Shown: positions 25,131 to 37,896, counted from the first letter of the stretch. The stretch: DNA of 51,697 nt from Octopus bimaculoides (GCF_001194135.2 NC_068990.1:46161360-46213056); one strand, 5' to 3'. Made by a program: numbers and translations. Notes: generated from the sequence alone by a model not told the origin.

Positions 25131-25345
25131 AGGTGGCGAGTTGGCAAAATTCTTTTTACACTGGACAAAATGCTTAGCGGCATTTCGTCCGTCTTTACTT
25201 TTAGAGTTCAAATTCCGCCGAGATCTACTTTGCCTTTCATCATTTTGGGGTCGATAGAGCAAATACCAGCTGAGCACTGGTGTCATGTAATCGACTAACC
25301 TCTTCCCCGAAAATACTGGCCTCGTACTAAAATTTGAAACCAATA
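25131..25345 (+). mobile_element. SINE family B copy just upstream of TPPP exon 2
   Basis: GGTGGCGAGTTGGCAAAAT...GAGTTCAAATTCCGCCGAG...GGGGTCGAT. Confidence 0.82.
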
Positions 25346-25414
25346 TTCTGTATACAATTGTATTCTTTTTCACTCCATGGGTCTCACGCCTTAATTAATC
25401 CATAATTCTTTCAG

Positions 25415-25583
25415 ATATATGTTAATGGAGAATTTCCCGCAATTTATACGTGGCTGTGCCCATGAATACGCTAAATTAAAATCAAAAGATCTTAAATTAC
25501 CATTGGATGACCCTAAAGTGGAGAAATACTACCAAAGTTTCGTCACCAAATTATCTACTGGAAGGCCAAATGTTAAAGAAGTG
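25415..25583 (+). CDS. TPPP: TPPP/p25-alpha family protein, coding exon 2 (YMLMENFPQFIRG...TGRPNVKEV, phase 2 to phase 0)
   Basis: Acceptor ttctttcAG ends at 25414. The first base completes the Pro codon (CC|A) left by exon 1. The exon is 169 nt and open, with donor GTG|GTATGT at 25584. Confidence 0.85.
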
Positions 25584-25612
25584 GTATGTAACTTTTATTA
25601 TTACTATTATTA

Positions 25613-25704
<92 letters not shown>

Positions 25705-26794
25705 NNNNNNNNNNNNNNNNNNNNNNNNNNNNNNNNNNNNNNNNNNNNNNNNNNNNNNNNNNNNNNNNNNNNNNNNNNNNNNNNNNNNNNNNNNNNNNNN
25801 NNNNNNNNNNNNNNNNNNNNNNNNNNNNNNNNNNNNNNNNNNNNNNNNNNNNNNNNNNNNNNNNNNNNNNNNNNNNNNNNNNNNNNNNNNNNNNNNNNNN
25901 NNNNNNNNNNNNNNNNNNNNNNNNNNNNNNNNNNNNNNNNNNNNNNNNNNNNNNNNNNNNNNNNNNNNNNNNNNNNNNNNNNNNNNNNNNNNNNNNNNNN
26001 NNNNNNNNNNNNNNNNNNNNNNNNNNNNNNNNNNNNNNNNNNNNNNNNNNNNNNNNNNNNNNNNNNNNNNNNNNNNNNNNNNNNNNNNNNNNNNNNNNNN
26101 NNNNNNNNNNNNNNNNNNNNNNNNNNNNNNNNNNNNNNNNNNNNNNNNNNNNNNNNNNNNNNNNNNNNNNNNNNNNNNNNNNNNNNNNNNNNNNNNNNNN
26201 NNNNNNNNNNNNNNNNNNNNNNNNNNNNNNNNNNNNNNNNNNNNNNNNNNNNNNNNNNNNNNNNNNNNNNNNNNNNNNNNNNNNNNNNNNNNNNNNNNNN
26301 NNNNNNNNNNNNNNNNNNNNNNNNNNNNNNNNNNNNNNNNNNNNNNNNNNNNNNNNNNNNNNNNNNNNNNNNNNNNNNNNNNNNNNNNNNNNNNNNNNNN
26401 NNNNNNNNNNNNNNNNNNNNNNNNNNNNNCCAGTAAAACACTGGGGTCAATGTAATCGACTATTTCCTTCCCCACAAATTTCAGACATGTGCTTTAGTAG
26501 AAAAGGATTATTATTGTTATTATCATTAAGGTGGTGAGCTGTCGGAATCGTTACCTACCGGGAAAAATGCTTAGCGGCATTTCGTCCGCCTTTACGTTCT
26601 CAGTTCAAATTCTGCTAAGGTCGATTTTGTCTTTCGTCCTTTCGGAATCGATAAAATAAGTACCAATTGCGTACTGGGGTCAATGTAATCGACTGGCCTT
26701 GTGCCAAAATTTGAAACTATTATTATAAATTCTATTTTTAATTACGAATATTGGGGTATTGATAATTGATTGTTTACTTTTTACGTGTTTAAAT

Positions 26795-27124
26795 CATTAG
26801 GCCGCGGCCATGCTGGGACACCACCTTGAAGGGTTTAGTCGAAGAAACCGATCTCAATACTTATTTTTGAAATCTGGTACTTCTATCGTTCTCAAACTAA
26901 CATCAATTGTCAAGCAGTGCTGAGAGATAAATATAACATAAAGACACACAAACACATATACATGACAGTTTTTTTTCAGTTTCCGTCCTCCAAATCCACT
27001 CACAATGCTTTGGGTGGCCAGGATTATATGAGAAGACGCTTATCCACGGTGTCGCCCCGTGGGATTGAACTCAAGACCACACAGTTTTGGGAAGCAAGCT
27101 TTTCAACCACAGAGCCACACCTGA
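26795..27124 (-). mobile_element. SINE family A, diverged and internally deleted
   Basis: Revcomp similarity to both head and tail of family A. Confidence 0.65.
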
Positions 27125-28402
27125 CTGTGTAACTAATTATAAAGGCATATCAGTAACATGGTTCAAATATATTGAACGTCATATCACCCAGTAACGCTGA
27201 CATATTATGAAAGAACGGCAGGCCTTGTGCTCTCATTCACTAATGTCTTGAAAACTGTAATAAGGTTTGACCTAATGAGTCTACAGGCTAGAGACACATT
27301 TTAATTTTAACCTATTAATAAACAAACCACATGTACCCTGCCAGGACGTTGGACTATTTCATGATAGCACAGATTTTATCTGTAACCAAAGACAGAGCCT
27401 TTTCGTAGTTGTTCAATCTGCTAGAAGCAGCAACCAAATCTTTCTCACATCACACCATACTGTCTTAAAACGGGAAGAATACGTGTGTAGTTAGCATAAT
27501 GAAATACTGGATATACCATATCTCAAACAAAGGCTTTTGTTCGTAGATCTGCTTAACCACAAGAATAATGTTTATCTCTCTGTATATAAGAAGTTCTTTT
27601 GATGGCTTTGAGTGATCATTCAAGAAATAACTAATGTTTTATTAACAGATTTACTCTCATATATATANNNNNNNNNNNNNNNNNNNNNNNNNNNNNNNNN
27701 NNNNNNNNNNNNNNNNNNNNNNNNNNNNNNNNNNNNNNNNNNNNNNNNNNNNNNNNNNNNNNNNNNNNNNNNNNNNNNNNNNNNNNNNNNNNNNNNNNNN
27801 NNNNNNNNNNNNNNNNNNNNNNNNNNNNNNNNNNNNNNNNNNNNNNNNNNNNNNNNNNNNNNNNNNNNNNNNNNNNNNNNNNNNNNNNNNNNNNNNNNNN
27901 NNNNNNNNNNNNNNNNNNNNNNNNNNNNNNNNNNNNNNNNNNNNNNNNNNNNNNNNNNNNNNNNNNNNNNNNNNNNNNNNNNNNNNNNNNNNNNNNNNNN
28001 NNNNNNNNNNNNNNNNNNNNNNNNNNNNNNNNNNNNNNNNNNNNNNNNNNNNNNNNNNNNNNNNNNNNNNNNNNNNNNNNNNNNNNNNNNNNNNNNNNNN
28101 NNNNNNNNNNNNNNNNNNNNNNNNNNNNNNNNNNNNNNNNNNNNNNNNNNNNNNNNNNNNNNNNNNNNNNNNNNNNNNNNNNNNNNNNNNNNNNNNNNNN
28201 NNNNNNNNNNNNNNNNNNNNNNNNNNNNNNNNNNNNNNNNNNNNNNNNNNNNNNNNNNNNNNNNNNNNNNNNNNNNNNNNNNNNNNNNNNNNNNNNNNNN
28301 NNNNNNNNNNNNNNNNNNNNNNNNNNNNNNNNNNNNNNNNNNNNNNNNNNNNNNNNNNNNNNNNNNNNNNNNNNNNNNNNNNNNNNNNNNNNNNNNNNNN
28401 NN

Positions 28403-28635
28403 TGTATGTGTGTGTATATGTTTGTGTGTCTGTGTTTGTCCCCCCAACATCGCTTGACAACCGATGCTGGTGTGTTTAAGTCCCCGTAACTTAGCGGTTC
28501 GGCAAAAGAGACCGATAGAATAAGTACTAGGCTTACAAAGAATAAGTCCTGGGGTCGATTTGATTCAACTAAAGGTGGTACTCCAGCATGGCCGCAGTCA
28601 AATGACTGAAACAAGTAAAAGAGTAAAGTAAAGAG
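28403..28635 (+). mobile_element. SINE family A, 3' half
   Basis: High similarity to 31080-31300. Confidence 0.85.
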
Positions 28636-28639
28636 TATC

Positions 28640-28815
28640 TACCCGAATAGAACGCTGGTCCGTTGTAGGATTGCTCATTGTTTACCAGCTGAGTGAACTG
28701 GAGCAGCTTGAAATGAAGTGTCTTGCTCAAGGACACAACGGACCACCTCGTCCAGGAATTGGAACCACAATGTTACTTTAATAAGTACAATACCCTAACT
28801 ACTAAGCCACGCGCC
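28640..28815 (-). mobile_element. Third tRNA-derived SINE type (CORE-like central block)
   Basis: Revcomp GGCGCGTGGCTTAGT...GGTTCCAATTCC...TTGTGTCCTTGAGCAAGACACTT...GCTCCAGTTCACTCAGCTG. Older relatives probably lie at about 14290-14545. Confidence 0.65.
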
Positions 28816-29329
28816 TCCATAGACTGGATATAGATCTGTACAATCACACACGCGCGCGCACACACAGTCCTACCTACAATGGTATATACATAGAAAGACT
28901 GCTTCTTAGAATCCGGAACTTCCGTTATCTGTAAACTGGAAGTATAAATTAAGTGTGTATGTATGTATGTATGTATGTATGCATGTGCGCTCGTCTGCGC
29001 GTGTGTGTGTGTGTGCTCACACGTGAAATTGATAAAACTTTGGGGGTACATTTGTATAACGTTTAAAACTTAACGGAAAAGAGAGTTAAAGTGAGAGAAG
29101 ATTTAAGTTGTCTACCTGTTTTATCAATTCCCAATTTAAACCTTAATGAGGCTGAAGAATGCCAGTGTAATTGCCTTCACTTTTCCTGTTACGTCTAAAA
29201 CATATGCTACATTATACCAGATAATATAAATGATAAAAACACAACCCTGCTTAAATTTCCTCTGGCAGTTTCTTAAATGAAATCTTTCCCAATCTTAACG
29301 CCAGAGAAGTGTTTGAGGTATCTTCTACT

Positions 29330-29695
29330 TTTTATGTGTTACTCATTTCAGTCATTGGGCTGCGGCCATGCTGGAGCACCGTCTTGAAGGGTTTTAGTCA
29401 AACTAATCGACTCCCTATACTTATGTTTATATAAAGTCCGATATTTATTCTATCAGTCTGTTTTGCCGAACGGCTAAGGAACTGGGACATAAACAAACCA
29501 ACACTACTTATCAAGTGGTGGTAAAGGGACACACAAGCGCGCGCACGCACACGCACATACACATATATATACGATGGGCTTCCACACAGTTTCCGTTTAT
29601 CAAATTCACACATAAGGCATTAGTCGGCCAGTGCCGTGCTGTGAGAATGAACTCGTAACCATGTGATTACAAAGCGAGCTTTTTAACCATTCATC
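29330..29695 (-). mobile_element. SINE family A, diverged copy
   Basis: Revcomp tail (TTACTCATTTCAGTCATT...GCGGCCATGCTGGAGCACC), central CA/TA run, partial head. Confidence 0.75.
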
Positions 29696-30196
29696 AATTC
29701 CTGGAAGAAGTATTTACAAATTAGTTCTAAGTACAAAGTAATTGTTGGTACACGGTATGAGATGGTCGATACTATCGACCCCCGTACTTGAATGAAAAGT
29801 GAAGTCGATGTTGATGGGAACTGAACTGAGAACCTAAAGAGCCGGAACAAATGCTTTTAAGTAATTTTTGTCTCATGACCGTCCATTGCTTTCAATAATA
29901 ATAATTTAGACACAAAGACAATAATTTAGAATGAAGCATAAGTCAATGAAAACAATCCAAGTACTCGATTCGAATTACTTTTATTGGTCTCAGAGAGATG
30001 GAAGGCAAAGTTGATCCCGGCAGAATTTGAAACCTGAATGTAAGAAGCTGAAACAAATACCACAGCCAGAGACATCTCGATGTAAATATCAATATAAATA
30101 AAAGACACATCGTAGAACATTTAGTAGCCTAGCCAACACACACAAGCTCACGCACGCACGCGCGCACACACACACACACACGCACACACACACACA

Positions 30197-30252
30197 CACA
30201 CAAGCTCACGCACACAAGCTCACGCACACAAGCTCACGCACACAAGCTCACG
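30197..30252. repeat. (CACACAAGCTCACG)x4 tandem repeat
   Basis: Four exact 14-bp units within CA microsatellite, plus one more unit near 30139. Confidence 0.85.
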
Positions 30253-30336
30253 CACACATACATACATGCATGTATGTGTATGAGTGTGTATATAAATACA
30301 TGTATGAAAATATGCGTGTGTGTTGTATGTGTATGT

Positions 30337-30393
<57 letters not shown>

Positions 30394-30882
30394 TGTATGT
30401 GTGTGCGTGTATGTAAGTGTGTCTATGTGTTGTACACACCCACTAAAACCTTGGTTAAGGACCGAGATCTGTCCCAAAATATGACATGCTAAATAAAACA
30501 CTGCTATATGGGACAGTTACAAAGCATATGAGATAGAACTATTTTTAATAGCGATACGATCACAACTGAAGGAGAGATAGATATCGCAAGCCACAAGCAC
30601 TTAATAACTTTACAGAATGCAATGTTGCACTGTGTGATCTAAGGTTAGGATGAAAGCAGAAAAGAACTTAAAGAGGTAATATGATAACATTATGAAACAG
30701 GCTAGATTAATCAATTTCAATCACGCGTACACAAGCTTAATCATTATAAATTCAGTTGAAAAGCAGAAGTGAAATAGAGAGTGGATCAAGGAAAGGTCAG
30801 AAGGAAAGAGATAGGAAAAGAGAGCAGAAATAGAAAGAAAAATGGTAGAAATCTACAGATGTGAGGGAGAAATGGAGAGGTA

Positions 30883-31300
30883 GGAGTGGCTGTGTGGTAA
30901 GTAGTTAGCTTACCAACCACATGGTCCCGGGTTCAGTCCCACTCCGCGGCATCTTGGGCAAGTGTCTTCTACTATAGCCTCGGGCCGACCAAAGCCTTGT
31001 GAGTGGATTTGGTAGACGGAAACTGAAAGAAGCCCGTCGTATATATGTATATATATATATATGTATGTGTGTGTGTATGTTTGTATGTGTGTGTTTGTCC
31101 ACCCAACATCGCTTGACAACCGATGCTGGTGTGTTTATGTCCCCCGTAACTTAGCGGTTCGGCAAAAGAGAACGATAGAATAAGTACTAAGCTTCTAAAG
31201 AATAAGTCCTGGGGTCGATTTGCTCGACAAAAAAGGCGGTGCTCCAGCATGGTCACAGTCAAAAGACTGAAACAAGTAAAAGAGTAAAAGAGTAAAAGAG
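30883..31300 (+). mobile_element. tRNA-derived SINE family A, near-complete copy
   Basis: A-box-like TGGCTGTGTGG, B-box-like GGTTCAGTCCC, central (TA)/(TG) microsatellite, (AGTAAAAG)n tail. 7-bp TSD-like AGAGGTA at 30876-30882 and 31297-31303. Confidence 0.9.
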
Positions 31301-31454
31301 GTAATGTAGAAGGAGAAGGCGGTGACTGCGCTGAGAAAGGTGGATGAAAAATAAAGTATTATAAAGGGAAGTTGATTAGTTGAATAAATAGATAAGCGGG
31401 CGATTGACCGGGTTGGGAAAGACGGAGAGAAAAGGGGAGAGAGATAAGGCGAGA

Positions 31455-31506
<52 letters not shown>

Positions 31507-32161
31507 GAGAGAGAGAGAGAGAGAGTGTGTGTGTAGTTCTCAAACACGTGAGAGAGGTCATCAGGTGAGTAGACAAACTGAAACACAAAAATATGTGGAG
31601 CTTGAAACAGAAAGACTAAAAATTACCGAAAGGAGGCAGAAATAAACTTCATTATTTTTGCCGGGTACTGCGCCAGTTTGCTTAAATTGATTACTGCTAT
31701 TTAACGTAAAATATATTCAGAGTCTGACCTGGGAGACGACCTAAAAGAAATCTATTGTTTTTTCACTCTCCATTTGTTTTAATGTCTCATCAGTTACACA
31801 ATAGAATGTCCGATAGGACACCACTCTTGGGCTATGTTTAGGATATCAATTTATCTTAATCTGGAGCTGGCCTTACCCTGTAATTTGTGTGTGTGTGTGT
31901 GGTTTGTAATTTTTACATTGTTAGAGTGGTGATTGGGGCAGAAACAAAAGAGAACTAGATGAATGTTTTAATAGCGTTTCAGCTGTCTACGTTCTGGGTT
32001 CAAATCTTGTCGGAATTGGCTTTATGTACTTTTCTTTTCCCTTTTCTAAGGTCGATAATACAAAACAAAGAGACTATCCTTTCGTCCGAGACATATAAAA
32101 GTAATTTTTAACTGTTTTCAGCTGAGCATTTCCTACTCTTTTCTATCTATCTATCTATCTG

Positions 32162-32221
<60 letters not shown>

Positions 32222-33779
32222 ATATACTATACTCCCNNNNNNNNNNNNNNNNNNNNNNNNNNNNCCCCCAATTTATGGCTTTGTACCAAAGAAATAAATA
32301 ACTTCTATCGACGTTTGAAAACAATTCTGGTGTTATCTTCTCAAACTTTTTCTATCAACAATTATGTTTGTCAATCACTAATCATCTGCCGATACTTTTT
32401 TTTAATATTTATATAAAAATCACTTTCCGTTTAAATTTCTTGTATCTTGGGAGGTTCATAATGCCATTAATTTACACATGCACCGGTTCTATTTCATTAT
32501 TTTATTTGTCAATTGGCAAACATTTTAACCAATTAATTAATCGTTGTTTGATTTACCGTTCGTAGTCCTGAATATCAAGGTGTTCTTTTGAGTTGAACTA
32601 CATAATATCCACCGTGGTTACCATACTAGAATGCGGTTTTAACTTATCAAAGAGGCTGGATTACCGCATAAAGACAAGGCAAGTGTTTGCATAGTCGTCA
32701 TAGAACGAGCTACAAACATACGCTAAAAGTTTCTTCTAAGTGAATGTGATAGATTCTTGCACAAGACAGCCTAAATTCTCAATCAACAGAAGTGTATATT
32801 TTAATGTAAACTGCAGGATCATTGTGTAACTGAAGTGTGCTTTATTGGCTTATTTTGATGAGGCATTAAATGAAGTTAAAGGGAGGAGGAGAGGGAAAGA
32901 GAGAAAAGGGAGAGAGTGAGAGAGAGGGCAGAAGGAAAGCAACTTCAAAATGGTGGCCTGGCCTAAATGCTTGCAACAGAGTGGATTTTGCTTAAAACAC
33001 CCAAGTGGTAAGGTAGTAGTGTTCAATCAGGCGACGGGTTAAGGCTGTTACACAGGCCACGGAAGAATTTGAATTCACAACGCAAAGAGCCAAAACGAAT
33101 ACCTCAAAGCATCTCGTCCGAGGCTGTAACGTTTCTATAAATCTACTGCCCTAGATTGATACTGTCTTTATCGAACTTGGAGGGATGAAAAGTGAAGTCG
33201 ATTTCGATTGAATTTGAACTTAGATGCCAAAATAAATACCGTAAGGCATTTTGCATTTTGTCCGACGTTATAACAACTCTACCAATGTGTTAAATGTGTT
33301 ACATGTACTACCAGCCATTTTGACTAAAAAAGATAACAGGCAAACAAACTCACTAGATAATGACATAAAACTTACATTGTACTTCCTTGCTGACGTGGAT
33401 GTTCCTTCTCGAAGATGGGACATCAATATTTACTTGAAACTTGCCTTAGCGCTTTCACATTATACTAAGATGGTTTTGTTAGTGGTTTAAAGAACACATA
33501 GACACTATTGATGGCTTATAGGCTGCGTATTTTTCTATTCCTTTTGAGCAATACAAAGACATGGTTTATTTAGGATGGATAACCATAATCTGAGATCAAA
33601 ATTTGCTTGTGAAAAACCTTGCACTCTTTAGCGAGCACGCCAAAGAAAACAAAATGGCCAACTCGACGCCAGGAAGTACAATTATTATTTTCTGGAACTT
33701 TATAATACTAAATTATGAACAAAGCATGTCTAACCGACCGGATATTGTCAGAAATGCATACATGTGTTGTTATATAGAT

Positions 33780-34145
33780 GCAGGAAGGACTGTGCTTAAG
33801 AACCTAGCTTTGCAAAAATATGGTTTCAGGTTCCATCTCACTGCGCAGCATCTTGAGCGTTTTCTACTATAGCCTTGGACTGACTAAAGCTTTATGAATG
33901 AATTTGGCAGACAGAAACTGTGCGGAGACCCGTCGTATATATGTATGTGCTTGTCCCTCTCACATCACTTGCCAACCGGTGTTAGTTTGTTTGCGTCCCC
34001 GTAATTTAGCAGCTCAGGCAAAAAGACTGATAAGATAAATGTCACACTTAAAAACAAGTTCTTGACTGTTTTTTTTCGACTAAAACCATTCAAGATAGTG
34101 CTCTAGCATGGCCACAGTCCAATGATTGAACCAAGTAAAAGAAAG
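33780..34145 (+). mobile_element. SINE family A, diverged copy
   Basis: Head, core and tail motifs recognisable. Confidence 0.7.
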
Positions 34146-34589
34146 GTCAAGATATACCTTGGTTAGGTGTCCTTAACACTTCGGTAAAGTAGGTGCCACC
34201 CACTCCATCCACACTAAAATTAAAACGGGTCATACTCTGAGTGGTTAGATATTTACATTAGGATGTATGAACAATAAGTAGCCTATTTTGTTGATGGTGT
34301 TAGGCGTTGAGTATTAACAAAGAGCCACGAGAAGTTACTGAGCTACATAACAATGAAGACCTACTCGAAACTCAATAAACATATTCGGAAAATGTCTTCA
34401 AGTATTGAATAGTGACGTGTAGATTTTAACAGCTATATCAGTCTTTTTCAGTTTCGATTTCCTTCCTTACCTGGTTGTCTAGCTTGTGGACGACAGACAC
34501 AACGCCATGGTTACGGTAACAACATCCTCCTCCTCCTAAACATTTTCTTCTGCACAGAAACGAGTCTGCCAGCTCGTCGCATTCAATAA

Positions 34590-34815
34590 TGATAATAATA
34601 ATATTGGTATCAAATTTTCGCACAAAGCCAGCAATTTCGGGTGAGTGGGTAAGTTGATTACATCGACTCCAGAGCTCAGTTTATTTTATCGACCCCGAAA
34701 GGATGAAAGACAAATTCGACCTTGGTGGAATGTGAACTCAAAACGTAAAGACGGACGAAATGTGCCGCTAGACATTTTGCCCGGTGAACTGACGATTCTG
34801 CCAGCTCACCATCTT
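34590..34815 (-). mobile_element. SINE family B copy, antisense in TPPP intron 2
   Basis: Revcomp of the family B body, followed on the + strand by (AAT)n. Confidence 0.8.
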
Positions 34816-34816
34816 C

Positions 34817-34867
<51 letters not shown>

Positions 34868-34883
34868 TATAATAATACATAGT

Positions 34884-34918
<35 letters not shown>

Positions 34919-35624
34919 TAAAATGGAGATCTACTAAGGGGTACAAAATACGCATTACACTTTAAGTCTGGAATAGTAATGAAATGATTTTGGCACTAAC
35001 AGAGAAAGACATGATGGGCTAGTCAAGGAACCTTCTATAAATCCAAGTAGTTTAATCAAAAAAAAAAAAAGATGTGCTCTCTCTTGGAAAATTCTGCTCG
35101 TAGCCGACTGGTGCATATTCAGAAAGTCAATCATCGACGCTATTCTCGCAAACACATTTCAACAAATGCTATTATCGTTATAATTCTTTCTATGATAGGT
35201 ACGAGACATGCAGGAAGGGGAATAGTCGATGACATCGACTGGAACTTATCCAAAAGGTTGAAAAGCAAAGTTAGCCTCGGCAGAATTTGGACTAAGAATG
35301 TAAAGCTTGAAGAGATGCTGCTAAACATTTTGTCCAATACACCAGCTCACCGACTTATAATATCTTCATAACAATAATGATTTATTATAAGAGCGTTGGA
35401 CTGACAGAATCGTTATAGGTTTACAAACAGTGGCCGTCTATATCCTGAGTTCAAATCCCGATGGCCTACTTTACCTTTGCCCTTGTTGGTGATCATCAAA
35501 AAAATAAAGTACCAGTTAAATTCTGTGATCGATATAATCGACAAAACTTCCTGCCCCAGACTAATTCCATACCTTTTGTCTAAGTTAAATATTAACAATG
35601 CTTTCATTTTATTTTATTCTTCAG

Positions 35625-35807
35625 AAAGTGTCGAAGACCGGCAACGTGGATAAATTGACTGATGTATCAGGGTATACAGGAACCCACAAAGAACGGTTTG
35701 ATGCCGAAGGAAAAGGTAAAGGGATTGAAGGCCGCGTTAATCTCCAAGACGAATCTGGTTATGTGGGTAACTACAAAGGTGCTGGAACCTTCGACGAAAA
35801 AAAATGA
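35625..35807 (+). CDS. TPPP: TPPP/p25-alpha family protein, coding exon 3 ([60 protein letters not shown])
   Basis: Acceptor ttttattcttcAG ends at 35624, phase 0, matching exon 2. Contains the hallmark TPPP C-terminus (LTD..YTG.HKERFD, Rossmann-like GxGxGxxGR, GYV..YK.AGT.D). Stop TGA at 35805-35807. Spliced CDS is 537 nt, 178 aa. Confidence 0.95.
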   Translation, partial: KVSKTGNVDKLTDVSGYTGTHKERFDAEGKGKGIEGRVNLQDESGYVGNYKGAGTFDEKK

Positions 35808-35927
35808 TTTATTTCATCAGTAATCACATCACTTTCATTCAGTAGCATCTCTGTCTCTGTCTCTCTCTTTCTCTGTCTCTCAGTTTTCGTCTGTCTATCT
35901 GTCTGTCTACTTACATCTTTTTCCTAT

Positions 35928-35958
<31 letters not shown>

Positions 35959-36340
35959 NNNNNNNNNNNNNNNNNNNNNNNNNNNNNNNNNNNNNNNNNN
36001 NNNNNNNNNNNNNNNNNNNNNNNNNNNNNNNNNNNNNNNNNNNNNNNNNNNNNNNNNNNNNNNNNNNNNNNNNNNNNNNNNNNNNNNNNNNNNNNNNNNN
36101 NNNNNNNNNNNNNNNNNNNNNNNNNNNNNNNNNNNNNNNNNNNNNNNNNNNNNNNNNNNNNNNNNNNNNNNNNNNNNNNNNNNNNNNNNNNNNNNNNNNN
36201 NNNNNNNNNNNNNNNNNNNNNNNNNNNNNNNNNNNNNNNNNNNNNNNNNNNNNNNNNNNNNNNNNNNNNNNNNNNNNNNNNNNNNNNNNNNNNNNNNNNN
36301 NNNNNNNNNNNNNNNNNNNNNNNNNNNNNNNNNNNNNNNN

Positions 36341-36535
36341 TCTGTCTGTCTCTGACTCTGTCTGTTTGTCTCTGACTCTGTCTGTCTCTGACTCTGTCTG
36401 TCTGTCTCTGACTCTGTCTGTCTCTGACTCTGTCCGTCTCTGACTCTGTCTGTGTGTCTCTGACTCTGTCTGTCTCTGACTCTGTCTGTTTGTCTCTGAC
36501 TCTGTCTGTCTCTGACTCTGTCTGTCTGTCTGTCT
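36341..36535. repeat. (TCTCTGACTCTGTCTG)n minisatellite
   Basis: Tandem 16-20 bp units next to a gap. Confidence 0.85.
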
Positions 36536-36654
36536 CTCTTCCATTCCTTATAATCCTCTCTGGTTATATTTCTGTCTATATTTCTGTAACTCACATAGAA
36601 GTATCATTAAAAGAATGTAGTTTTCAAAAGATCAAGTTGTGTTTATTTATTCAT

Positions 36655-36750
36655 TGATTGACTGATTGCTTGCTTGATTGCTTGCTTGATTGGTTGCTTC
36701 GCAGATTGGTTGCTTCGCAGATTGATTGCTTCGCAGATTGATTGCTTTTC
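36655..36750. repeat. (GATTGRTTGCTTCGCA)n 16-bp tandem repeat
   Basis: Three to four units grading from GATTGCTT runs. Confidence 0.75.
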
Positions 36751-37831
36751 GTTAATGTTGTTTGAAAGAGTATTCGTGAAGCTTCTGGAGTGAAATTCAT
36801 CTCTCATCACCTGATTACAAGACATGTCGAATTTAAATACTAATTACGTGTATATATTCAGGTCTTCCATATTTCCATATTCTTTAATTCTGTTTAATTG
36901 AACTACTGTAAATCGTTTTCCTATTTCTCGTCATATATATATATATATATATATANNNNNNNNNNNNNNNNNNNNNNNNNNNNNNNNNNNNNNNNNNNNN
37001 NNNNNNNNNNNNNNNNNNNNNNNNNNNNNNNNNNNNNNNNNNNNNNNNNNNNNNNNNNNNNNNNNNNNNNNNNNNNNNNNNNNNNNNNNNNNNNNNNNNN
37101 NNNNNNNNNNNNNNNNNNNNNNNNNNNNNNNNNNNNNNNNNNNNNNNNNNNNNNNNNNNNNNNNNNNNNNNNNNNNNNNNNNNNNNNNNNNNNNNNNNNN
37201 NNNNNNNNNNNNNNNNNNNNNNNNNNNNNNNNNNNNNNNNNNNNNNNNNNNNNNNNNNNNNNNNNNNNNNNNNNNNNNNNNNNNNNNNNNNNNNNNNNNN
37301 NNNNNNNNNNNNNNNNNNNNNNNNNNNNNNNNNNNNNNNNNNNNNNNNNNNNNNNNNNNNNNNNNNNNNNNNNNNNNNNNNNNNNNNNNNNNNNNNNNNN
37401 NNNNNNNNNNNNNNNNNNNNNNNNNNNNNNNNNNNNNNNNNNNNNNNNNNNNNNNNNNNNNNNNNNNNNNNNNNNNNNNNNNNNNNNNNNNNNNNNNNNN
37501 NNNNNNNNNNNNNNNNNNNNNNNNNNNNNNNNNNNNNNNNNNNNNNNNNNNNNNNNNNNNNNNNNNNNNNNNNNNNNNNNNNNNNNNNNNNNNNNNNNNN
37601 NNNNNNNNNNNNNNNNNNNNNNNNNNNNNNNNNNNNNNNNNNNNNNNNNNNNNNNNNNNNNNNNNNNNNNNNNNNNNNNNNNNNNNNNNNNNNNNNNNNN
37701 NNNNNNNNNNNNNNNNNNNNNNNNNNNNNNNNNNNNNNNNNNNNNNNNNNNNNNNNNNNNNNNNNNNNNNNNNNNNNNNNNNNNNNNNNNNNNNNNNNNN
37801 NNNNNNNNNNNNNNNNNNNNNNNNNNNNNNN

Positions 37832-37882
<51 letters not shown>

Positions 37883-37896
37883 CATACTACATACAT

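Noticed and set aside
25584-26537. Long ORFs (372, 309, 299 aa) continuing from TPPP exon 2
   Set aside because: Read-through into (ATT)n and an N-gap. The real exon ends at the 25584 donor.
27612-28614. Long X-filled ORFs here and at 36884-38172, 39111-39730 and 43095-43688
   Set aside because: Artefacts of N-gaps and flanking microsatellites or SINEs.
35072-35371. 99-aa ORF in TPPP intron 2
   Set aside because: Its 3' half is an antisense SINE B remnant, with no TPPP-like content or convincing splice pair.
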